Assembly: GCA_965661505.1 (NCBI GenBank)
Contig: CBFIDX010000004.1
Span: forward strand, 7,918-71,917
Direction of reading: 5' to 3'
Length of the DNA stretch: 64,000 nucleotides
DNA from: Flavobacteriales bacterium
GTDB lineage: Bacteria > Bacteroidota > Bacteroidia > Flavobacteriales > UBA7312
The notes under the pieces were generated by a model. The model saw only the letters and a program-made list of their open reading frames with translations. It did not search any database and was not told the origin of the DNA. Shown in pieces: positions 57,039 through 64,000 of the stretch. Each line of letters opens with the position of its first letter. Position 1 is the stretch's first letter. The translations under genes and the position numbers were made by a program.

Positions 57039-57530
57039 TTAATTTTTGTTTTCCTTAATGATGTCACTTATGTAAATCGATAATAAATCACGATCATTTT
57101 TATGTAACAATGAAATATTAAATTTTTGGGTTTGTATTCTTTTATTCACCATGTATTTTATTTGTAAAATTTTTCTCAAGCCAAAAAGAAATTCGTTTTG
57201 TTCATAGCTTACAATATGATCTTTAGGAATCTCTAGTCTAGACCTAAACTTACTGGAAAAATTACCCATTCCCAAGCATTTTGTTTTAATTTTTACTATG
57301 TATTGATCCTCATTAAAAGAAAAAGTATAAAGTCCAATTATGGTTGTAAAAATAGGTATGAGAAGTAGTAATATAAAAAAATTAAAATTATTTAAAATAA
57401 CGTTTTTTATTAAACCATCAGTAGTTAAAACAAAGATAGCAGGGAGTAAGATAAAAAGTAAAATACTTAAAACTAACCATTGCTGTATTTTTAAAACCCT
57501 GGGCTTGCTTGTTATTTGTTTATTATTCAT
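57039..57530 (-). CDS. Hypothetical membrane protein (2 TM plus about 90-aa soluble domain) between parE and parC
   Basis: 163 aa with two clear hydrophobic helices followed by a beta-rich domain. It overlaps the parE stop by 8 nt and ends 11 nt before parC. Confidence 0.5.
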   Translation of the reverse strand: MNNKQITSKPRVLKIQQWLVLSILLFILLPAIFVLTTDGLIKNVILNNFNFFILLLLIPIFTTIIGLYTFSFNEDQYIVKIKTKCLGMGNFSSKFRSRLEIPKDHIVSYEQNEFLFGLRKILQIKYMVNKRIQTQKFNISLLHKNDRDLLSIYISDIIKENKN

Positions 57531-59370
57531 CGATTAGATCTTTTTCTATACGTAAATTATCTATTATGAACTCTTGTCTTTTTGGGGTGTTTTTTCCCAT
57601 GTAAAAAGTTAACACTTCCTCAACGCTTGCTTCCTTTCCAATTATTATTGGCTCTAGGCGCATTTCTTTTCCAATAAAGTGTTTGAATTCATTGGGAGAA
57701 ATTTCTCCTAATCCCTTAAATCGAGTTACCTCAGGTCTTTTACCTAATTTTTGAAGTGCATGTCTTTTCTCTTCTTCAGAGTAGCAATACTGTGTTTCCT
57801 TTTTATTTCGCACTCTAAATAGTGGTGTTTCAAGAATGTACAGATGCCCTTCTTTTATTAATTCTGGAAAGAATTGAAGAAAAAAAGTAATCAATAACAG
57901 ACGAATGTGCATCCCATCAACATCAGCGTCGGTAGCAATTACTACGTTGTTATAGCGAAGCCCTTCTAATCCGTCTTCAATGTTTAAGGCTGCCTGTAGT
58001 AAATTAAACTCCTCATTTTCGTAAACGATTTTTTTGGATAATCCAAATGAGTTTAAAGGCTTCCCCTTTAAGCTAAAAACAGCTTGAGTGTTCACGTCTC
58101 TTACCTTTGTGATCGATCCAGATGCAGAATCTCCCTCCGTAATAAATAGGGTGGTTACTAACCTTTCCTCTTTTTTTATATCGTTATAATGAACACGACA
58201 ATCTCGAAGTTTTTTATTGTGAAGATTGGCTTTTTTCGCTCTTTCTCTGGCTAGTTTTTTTACACCCGCCATGGCTTTACGCTCTTTCTCTGCCTGTATT
58301 ATTTTTTTTAATAATTCTTCTGCTGTGGCTGCGTTCTTATGTAAGTAATTATCTAATTTGTTTTTTAAAAAATCATTTATGTGAGCACGAACAGAAGTCA
58401 ATCCTGGACCCATATCTGTAGATCCCAATTTTGTTTTTGTTTGAGATTCAAAAACAGGCTCCATTACTTTAATACTAATCGCAGCAATGATGCTTTGCCT
58501 TATGTCAACAGCATCAAAATTTTTTCCGTAAAACTCGCGTATCGTTTTTACTACTGCTTCTCTAAAAGCGCTTTGATGCGTTCCTCCTTGAGTAGTATGT
58601 TGACCGTTAACAAAGGAATAGTATTGCTCGCCATAGGCTTGTTGAGAATGCGTCATGGCTAATTCTATATCATCTCCTTTAAGGTGTATTATTGGATAAT
58701 TCGTTTTGTTGTCAATGTTTTGTTCCAAAAGATCTTTTAAGCCATTTTCAGAATGAAACTTTTCGCCATTGTATAAGATTGTAAGACCAGGGTTTAAGTA
58801 ACAATAGTTCCAGAGCATTTTTTCAACATACTCATTTACAAACCTGTAATTTCCAAAAATATCGTTATCGGCAATGAAGGTAACTTTTGTTCCTTTACGT
58901 TGAGAACTTGCCTGCGTGGGTTCGTCATTAATGATGATGCCTTTTTCAAACTCAACCGTTTTGGATTGATTATCTCTTATCGATTGAATCCTAAAGTAAT
59001 TGGATAGAGCATTAACAGCTTTTGTCCCAACACCATTTAGGCCGACTGATTTCTTGAACACTTTAGAGTCGTATTTTGCTCCGGTATTAATTTTAGATAC
59101 AACATCTACAAGTTTGCCAAGTGGAATACCCCTACCATAATCTCTTACTGTAACCTTTTTATCTTTGATGGAAATGTCGATTGTTTTGCCATTTCCCATG
59201 ACAAATTCATCAATACAGTTATCAATAACTTCTTTAATGAGAATATACACCCCATCATCAGGAGATGAGCCATCCCCTAGCTTTCCAATATACATACCTG
59301 GACGCAAGCGTATGTGCTCTTTCCAGTCAAGCGATCGAATACTATCTTCTGTATATTGATTTTCTGTCAT
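57523..59370 (-). CDS. parE: DNA topoisomerase IV subunit B (GyrB paralog)
   Basis: 615 aa with a GHKL ATPase ([20 protein letters not shown]) and a Toprim domain (EGDSA, DADVDG). Confidence 0.88.
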   Translation of the reverse strand: MTENQYTEDSIRSLDWKEHIRLRPGMYIGKLGDGSSPDDGVYILIKEVIDNCIDEFVMGNGKTIDISIKDKKVTVRDYGRGIPLGKLVDVVSKINTGAKYDSKVFKKSVGLNGVGTKAVNALSNYFRIQSIRDNQSKTVEFEKGIIINDEPTQASSQRKGTKVTFIADNDIFGNYRFVNEYVEKMLWNYCYLNPGLTILYNGEKFHSENGLKDLLEQNIDNKTNYPIIHLKGDDIELAMTHSQQAYGEQYYSFVNGQHTTQGGTHQSAFREAVVKTIREFYGKNFDAVDIRQSIIAAISIKVMEPVFESQTKTKLGSTDMGPGLTSVRAHINDFLKNKLDNYLHKNAATAEELLKKIIQAEKERKAMAGVKKLARERAKKANLHNKKLRDCRVHYNDIKKEERLVTTLFITEGDSASGSITKVRDVNTQAVFSLKGKPLNSFGLSKKIVYENEEFNLLQAALNIEDGLEGLRYNNVVIATDADVDGMHIRLLLITFFLQFFPELIKEGHLYILETPLFRVRNKKETQYCYSEEEKRHALQKLGKRPEVTRFKGLGEISPNEFKHFIGKEMRLEPIIIGKEASVEEVLTFYMGKNTPKRQEFIIDNLRIEKDLIDE

Positions 59371-59465
59371 GAAATATCTATTGAAATAGATCTGTAAATT
59401 TAGAAAACCTATCTAGTTGAAGAGGCTATTTTTAGCATTGATTATTAACATAGTTTTCAACTAGC

Positions 59466-59843
59466 TTACAATACAGCAATCAAAGATATTTCTATGTTAA
59501 CGTTTTTAGGTAATTGTGAAACTTGAACAGCTTCTCTTGCAGGAGGTTTTTCTGAAAAATATTCACTGTAAACTTCGTTAATTGCGGCATATTGAGCCAT
59601 ATCTTTTAAGAAAATTGTAGATTTTACCACATTTGAAAAGTTCATCTTTGCTGCAGCCAAAACCCCTTTCAAGTTCTTCATTACTTGATGAGTTTCTGAA
59701 TGGATGTTACTTAATTCGATCTCTCCAGTTTCAGGAACAATGGCAATCTGTCCTGCGGTATATAACACACCTCTTGCTAGAACTGCTTGACTGTATGGCC
59801 CAATAGCTTGTGGAGCCTCGGAAGTTGAAATAATTTTCTTCAT
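59466..59843 (-). CDS. ridA: RidA/YjgF family reactive-intermediate deaminase
   Basis: 125 aa with APQAIGPYSQA, TIFL.DM and PAREAVQV..LP. Confidence 0.88.
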   Translation of the reverse strand: MKKIISTSEAPQAIGPYSQAVLARGVLYTAGQIAIVPETGEIELSNIHSETHQVMKNLKGVLAAAKMNFSNVVKSTIFLKDMAQYAAINEVYSEYFSEKPPAREAVQVSQLPKNVNIEISLIAVL

Positions 59844-59865
59844 GTCGATAAAGGTAGTAAATTCT

Positions 59866-59873
59866 TATTTTTG
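59866..59873 (+). promoter_or_regulatory. -7 promoter box (TATTTTTG) for rnpB
   Basis: Exact TAnnTTTG match ending 4 nt before the first P1 nucleotide (59878). This places the TSS at about the predicted 5' end of the RNA. Confidence 0.5.
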
Positions 59874-59877
59874 CAAT

Positions 59878-60169
59878 TGCAATAAAGGACGCTATCGCTT
59901 TTTAGGAAGAGGAAAGTCCGGACACCATAGAGCAGCATAGCGGATAACATCCGTCCATCGTAAGATGAGGACAAGTGCAACAGAAAGCAAGTACAGTTCG
60001 GCTGTAGTGAAAACAGGTAAACTCTATGCGGTGCAATGCCATGTATACCAAGAACAGGGATGGCTCATTCAATCTTGGGGGGTAGGCAGCTTTAGTATTG
60101 CAGTAATGCAACACATAGATAAATGATAGTGCCCTATTGGGAACAGAATCCGGCTTATGATTTATTGCA
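59878..60169 (+). ncRNA. rnpB: RNase P RNA, bacterial type A, unusually compact (about 292 nt)
   Basis: Universal core sequences are present: GGAAAGTCCGG (59911-59921), AAGTGCAACAGAAAGCAA, GGTAAACTC and ACAGAATCCGGCTTAT (60143-60158). P1 pairs 59878-59886 with 60161-60169. P2 pairs 59887-59896 with 60125-60134. Confidence 0.85.
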
Positions 60170-60170
60170 T

Positions 60171-60198
60171 GCTGCCCCTCGTGGGCAGCTTTTTTTTT
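60171..60198 (+). terminator. Rho-independent terminator of rnpB
   Basis: gctgccc (60171-60177) pairs with gggcagc (60183-60189) around a 5-nt loop, followed by nine T. Confidence 0.8.
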
Positions 60199-60212
60199 AT
60201 GATATTTGAAAG

Positions 60213-61139
60213 ATGAAAAAAATACTTGTTCTATTAATTTTCCCTGTTTTTTGTTTTTCTCAGAGTAAAGTTGCTCAGTCAGTTATGTTAGATTCTGTAA
60301 TGATTACTGCCGTAAAAGATGGTTTTAGCGTGGATGAGTTCATTCACTATGTAAAAACAGATACTACATTTTATCAAGGGTTTAAAAATCTTAGATATTA
60401 TAATCACGATTTCCATAGTGAGCTAAAAGTTTTAAAAGGAAATGGTGATGTAGTTGGATTCCTCTACAGAGAAGGCAAATATTCTATTTCAAACAATTTA
60501 CTAACGGTATCCGTTGATTCTTCTTACAATGACGGTAAAATATATAACAGAAAAGGAAAGTATCGATATTATACACCTGAATTTTTCGATGAAATTTTTT
60601 TTCCAAAAGACTCGATTAGTGTCACCAAAAATGCAAGAGGTGGAAAAAAAGAAATAAAAGACGAAAATGAACAAAATGAAGAAGATGCTAAAACAATTGT
60701 TTTCAGCATCGGATCTGGAAATGTGGAAGCTGGAAATAGTAAAAAGAAAAAGAAATTAGCAGTTTTCGATATTGACATGCAGCAGTATTACGATTATTTA
60801 ATTTCTCAAGAAATATTTCAAGATTCTATAGAGTGTTACAGCTTTACGGTCCGAATGAAAGAAGGGTTAGAAAAAAAGGATGAAGAACAAGTGCTCATAA
60901 GAGAATTAGTGTCCTATTTTGACAAAAAAACATTTAATGTAATGTATCGAAAATATGTGATGACCTATCGCTATTGGTTGATAGATCTTGATGTTACTAT
61001 TGAAGTGTTTATGGACTATGAGCTAGATATTCTGATTCCATCGTATATTCATTATGATGGGTATTGGGATATTCCTTTTAGTAAACCAGAGTATGCCGAG
61101 TTTAAACTTTGGAATTATCGTTTTGAAGTGAAACAATAA
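60213..61139 (+). CDS. Hypothetical secreted protein
   Basis: 308 aa with a signal peptide (CFSQS) and a central K/E-rich low-complexity insert. I recognise no family. Confidence 0.5.
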   Translation: MKKILVLLIFPVFCFSQSKVAQSVMLDSVMITAVKDGFSVDEFIHYVKTDTTFYQGFKNLRYYNHDFHSELKVLKGNGDVVGFLYREGKYSISNNLLTVSVDSSYNDGKIYNRKGKYRYYTPEFFDEIFFPKDSISVTKNARGGKKEIKDENEQNEEDAKTIVFSIGSGNVEAGNSKKKKKLAVFDIDMQQYYDYLISQEIFQDSIECYSFTVRMKEGLEKKDEEQVLIRELVSYFDKKTFNVMYRKYVMTYRYWLIDLDVTIEVFMDYELDILIPSYIHYDGYWDIPFSKPEYAEFKLWNYRFEVKQ

Positions 61140-61140
61140 A

Positions 61141-61166
61141 AAAAGCTCATTTTAAACGAGCTTTTT
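61141..61166. terminator. Bidirectional terminator between the hypothetical gene and trxB
   Basis: aaaagctc (61141-61148) pairs with gagctttt (58-65 of the same line, 61158-61165). A and T runs on both sides fit convergent genes. Confidence 0.5.
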
Positions 61167-61197
61167 CCATTCTAATAATGTTGTAATGTATTTTTTC

Positions 61198-62139
61198 TTA
61201 ATCACCTTGAGCAGCTAAAAACCGCTCTGCATCTAGCGCAGCCATACAACCTGTGCCAGCAGATGTAACCGCTTGTCTGTACACATGATCTGCCACATCG
61301 CCTGCAGCAAAAACTCCTGGTATTTGTGTTTTTGATGTTCCAGGCTCAATGATCAAGTATCCGTTATCATCCATATCCAACTGACCTTTAAACAAATCAG
61401 TATTTGGTTTATGACCAATAGCTACAAAGAAGCCAGTTGCTGGTATAATTGTTTCTTCTTTTGTTTGATTGTTGTAAGCTGTAACGCTCTCCACTCCTTT
61501 TTCGCCATTTATACTTTTTGTTTCATGGTTAAACATCACCTCAATGTTTGGTGTGTTAAATACGCGTTTTTGCATTGCTTTTGAAGCCCTCATCTCATCT
61601 CTTCTAACTAACATGGTCACTTTTGTGCAAAGCTTAGCAAGGTAGGTGGCCTCTTCTGCTGCAGTATCTCCAGCCCCAACTACTACTACATCTTGGCCTT
61701 TGTAAAAGAAACCATCGCAAACAGCACAGGCAGAAACGCCAAAGCCATTAAGGCGTTCTTCATCAGGAATCCCTAACCATTTTGCAGAAGCTCCAGTAGC
61801 AATGATTACAGTGTCGGCAAGGACTTTTTTATTGCCATCAATTTCTACTTTAAAAGGTCTTTCAGAAAAATCAACTTTAGTTACCATGCCCCAACGGGTA
61901 TCTGTCTCAAATCGTTCAGCTTGGGCTTTAAAGTCTTCCATCATTTTAGTTCCATCAACTCCATTTGGATAACCTGGATAATTATCCACCTCGGTTGTGG
62001 TAGTTAGCTGCCCCCCAGGCTGTAAACCTTGTATCACTACCGGGTTTAAATCAGCTCTAGCAGCATAGATAGCTGCCGTATATCCGGCAGGACCCGAGCC
62101 AATGATTAATACTTCTACGGATTCTATTGTATCTGACAT
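61198..62139 (-). CDS. trxB: Thioredoxin-disulfide reductase
   Basis: 313 aa with GSGPAGYTAA, the redox-active CAVCDG, GGGDTAAEEA-like VGAGDTAAEEA and FAAGDV. Confidence 0.93.
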   Translation of the reverse strand: MSDTIESVEVLIIGSGPAGYTAAIYAARADLNPVVIQGLQPGGQLTTTTEVDNYPGYPNGVDGTKMMEDFKAQAERFETDTRWGMVTKVDFSERPFKVEIDGNKKVLADTVIIATGASAKWLGIPDEERLNGFGVSACAVCDGFFYKGQDVVVVGAGDTAAEEATYLAKLCTKVTMLVRRDEMRASKAMQKRVFNTPNIEVMFNHETKSINGEKGVESVTAYNNQTKEETIIPATGFFVAIGHKPNTDLFKGQLDMDDNGYLIIEPGTSKTQIPGVFAAGDVADHVYRQAVTSAGTGCMAALDAERFLAAQGD

Positions 62140-62172
62140 CTATTATTTATTAGTTTATGTTAAAAGTCAAAG

Positions 62173-63300
62173 TTAAAATATTTCAAATAATGTTGGGTAG
62201 TATTGCTGTTTGTAAATTGTATCTTCTTTAGCAACAACCTTATAATAGGTGGCTGCTTGACCAAAAAAGATTCCGAGCCCATTATTGATGTTTGATTGAA
62301 GATTGATGGGTTCTGCAAATGGGTTACCTCCACTGCTGGCTTGAAAATCAGCCGATCTCCAAAATAGATAAGCTTGATAATCGATTTGGCTAAGCCTTAA
62401 CAAAACAGTGTCGGGATAAACGACATATGAATGTGAGGGAACGCTTTTTCCTGATTTAAAATAACCATTTTCCTCTTGCTCAAAATCTGCTTCAGTGGTA
62501 TTGAAAAGTAAATTATTTGCAGCTCCTCTTTGAAAATAGGTGTCGAAGGACGTACCATTTAATCCTTCAAAATCGTTTCTTACAAAGCCCCAAAGTGATT
62601 TAATAAACAAAGGATCTTCTATGTCCTTAACGGTTATACTATTTGGTGTAATATTAGGGTTAGATGGGTTTGAACCCCATAGAGTTTCTTTAGTATGAAA
62701 AACTCTTTTGTGTTCGATCATAATGGTATTTCCTAATGTATCAGGATCAGAATAGTGAAACCAAAAATTACCAAGATTTGGTCGGTCAGCATTTTCATCT
62801 ACTTCAAACCATAGACTATCCACGGGATGAATGTTTGGTATTGTTGTAGTTGCTGTTAGTGTATCAGATTCATGGATGATTTTTAAATCATATCGATGGT
62901 TTGCCTGAGAAAAAGTTTCAAGGAATTCTGTTTGAATATACAAGCCTGGAAGGGCATTTTTGAGTGAATCATACAATTCAGCGCCTATAATGCCTGAAAG
63001 TACATCAAGGCTTAAAATATTTGTTAAGGCAACCTCATTATCGTTTTCATCGGTTATGGATATTGATGCATCGGTAATAAAAAGATTTTGAATAGATTCT
63101 TCGGTTACTGGGTCAAAAAAGGGTTCGCTTTTTGTTAAAACAGCATAAGCAGGTAAGCCGGGCTGAATAATTGCTTGCACCACTATTTTACTGTCTGTAT
63201 TCCCTTGACTAAAATCAACTTCTTTTTCAAACTCGAAGAACTTATCACAAGAATAAAAACAAAAAATAACACCAATTAAAAGGATCGATTTTTTCATCAT
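62173..63300 (-). CDS. DUF4249-like lipoprotein partner of the TonB-dependent receptor
   Basis: 375 aa with a lipoprotein signal (FYSC). It begins at the last base of the receptor ORF. This position and size are typical of DUF4249 partners in Bacteroidota. Confidence 0.55.
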   Translation of the reverse strand: MMKKSILLIGVIFCFYSCDKFFEFEKEVDFSQGNTDSKIVVQAIIQPGLPAYAVLTKSEPFFDPVTEESIQNLFITDASISITDENDNEVALTNILSLDVLSGIIGAELYDSLKNALPGLYIQTEFLETFSQANHRYDLKIIHESDTLTATTTIPNIHPVDSLWFEVDENADRPNLGNFWFHYSDPDTLGNTIMIEHKRVFHTKETLWGSNPSNPNITPNSITVKDIEDPLFIKSLWGFVRNDFEGLNGTSFDTYFQRGAANNLLFNTTEADFEQEENGYFKSGKSVPSHSYVVYPDTVLLRLSQIDYQAYLFWRSADFQASSGGNPFAEPINLQSNINNGLGIFFGQAATYYKVVAKEDTIYKQQYYPTLFEIF

Positions 63301-64000
63301 TAAAAGTTAAAATTCCATGTTATAGACGGTAAAATGGGGAACAAAGATATTTGATATGCTTGTGCTTGAAAATCTCCTTCATTAAGACTTCCTTCTCCTT
63401 CAACATCAAAATATATGAAGTAAGGGTTAGCTCTGTTGTATAGATTGTAAATTGAAAAATTCCATGATGAGTTAAACTTTTTATTAGGTTTATTTCTGGA
63501 ATATGTTGCCGAAACATCCATGCGATGGTATGCAGGCATTCTGTAACTATTCCTTTCACCGTACTGTGAATAGAAATTACCATCAAAAACGTATCTGTCT
63601 TTTACGGGCGTAAGGGTATTACCTGTTGCATAGACAAAAACTGCAGAAAAAACCCATTGATCATTTAACTCATGTGATGCTGTAAAAGAGACGTCATGTG
63701 TTCTGTCGTATTTGGCGGGAAATAATTCTCCATTATTTAAACTATCAAAAAGACGATCTGTTTTTGATAGAGTATAACCAACCCAACCCGTTGTTTTTCC
63801 GAGTCGTTTTTTAATAAAAAATTCAATTCCATAGGATTCTCCATTACCAAAGGTAAAAGCGTCATCTTGGTTAGAATTGGTATTATCTTCTGGAAAAACA
63901 CCTTCTCTGTATTCTATCAAATTTTCCATTTTTTTGTGATAAGCTTCCACAGACATCTCCCATTTATTATCAAAAAGGTTTTTAAAATACCCTAAAGCAA
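63300..64000 (-). CDS. TonB-dependent receptor, C-terminal fragment (5' part outside window)
   Basis: The reading frame stays open to base 64000 (hand-translated ...ALGYFKNLFDNKWEMSVEAY). It has an alternating beta-strand pattern and a terminal aromatic residue (...SITWNFNF). Confidence 0.75.
   Translation of the reverse strand, partial: ALGYFKNLFDNKWEMSVEAYHKKMENLIEYREGVFPEDNTNSNQDDAFTFGNGESYGIEFFIKKRLGKTTGWVGYTLSKTDRLFDSLNNGELFPAKYDRTHDVSFTASHELNDQWVFSAVFVYATGNTLTPVKDRYVFDGNFYSQYGERNSYRMPAYHRMDVSATYSRNKPNKKFNSSWNFSIYNLYNRANPYFIYFDVEGEGSLNEGDFQAQAYQISLFPILPSITWNFNF

Noticed and set aside
59413-59464. 9-bp inverted repeat (ctagttgaa / ttcaactag) with a 34-nt spacer just after the ridA stop. 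There is also a 6-bp inverted repeat (59376-59391) in front of parE.
   Set aside because: The first could be an atypical ridA terminator and the second a leader hairpin. However, the loop is very large, the T tract is weak and the stems are AT-rich. Support is too weak for a feature call.
59871-59882. Perfect 12-nt palindrome ttgcaattgcaa at the rnpB transcription start.
   Set aside because: It overlaps the -7 box and the first P1 nucleotides. It could be an operator, but a 12-nt AT-rich palindrome is not convincing alone, and I have no second copy or known binding motif.
59902-60114. A 70-aa minus-strand ORF in the ridA-downstream spacer.
   Set aside because: It lies completely within the RNase P RNA gene on the opposite strand. 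The Cys/His-rich translation is a by-product of the structured RNA sequence.
1-64000. I looked for CRISPR-like spaced repeats, long direct or inverted repeats, transposase/integrase/recombinase ORFs, phage genes, tRNA/rRNA genes and known defence or toxin-antitoxin gene pairs.
   Set aside because: Reading the ORF translations and intergenic spacers turned up none. A by-eye scan cannot exclude short or degenerate repeats. A self-dot-plot and tRNAscan/cmscan run would settle it.

Overview
This is an AT-rich chromosomal segment with Bacteroidota (Flavobacteriia-like) hallmarks. These include a T9SS C-terminal sorting domain, a TonB-dependent receptor followed by a DUF4249 lipoprotein, and TAnnTTTG -7 promoter boxes in front of many genes. 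I call about 55 tightly packed genes. Most are housekeeping: gyrA 3' end, M16 and zinc metalloproteases, an ABC-F ATPase, typA/bipA, a DEAD-box helicase, yaaA, fahA, rel/spoT, fur, purA, OstA/LptD-like proteins, MlaD, an amidase, parC/parE, ridA, trxB and one RNase P RNA gene. The only clearly accessory block is a roughly 16 kb single-strand Wzx/Wzy polysaccharide locus (34.6-50.9 kb). It carries Wza, a Wzc tyrosine kinase, six putative transferases, a sulfotransferase, a TagF-like enzyme, a NodB deacetylase, an acetyltransferase, galE and fcl. I found no CRISPR array, transposase, integrase, prophage, tRNA or rRNA, and no recognisable defence or toxin-antitoxin system. I therefore cannot point to a clear-cut novel system. 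The best candidates for a second look are: (1) the heavily decorated polysaccharide locus; (2) an overlap-coupled operon joining amidase and MlaD to a split membrane Fe-S/CCG oxidoreductase interrupted by a HAD phosphatase, plus an unknown 156-aa protein; (3) a very compact RNase P RNA that seems to lack P3 and P13/P14; (4) a DEAD helicase-BipA-flavoprotein-ABC-F cluster preceded by a small ORF and the window's largest non-coding gap; (5) a small membrane protein translationally coupled between parE and parC. All functional calls rest on motif-level reading of the translations. No database search was run.
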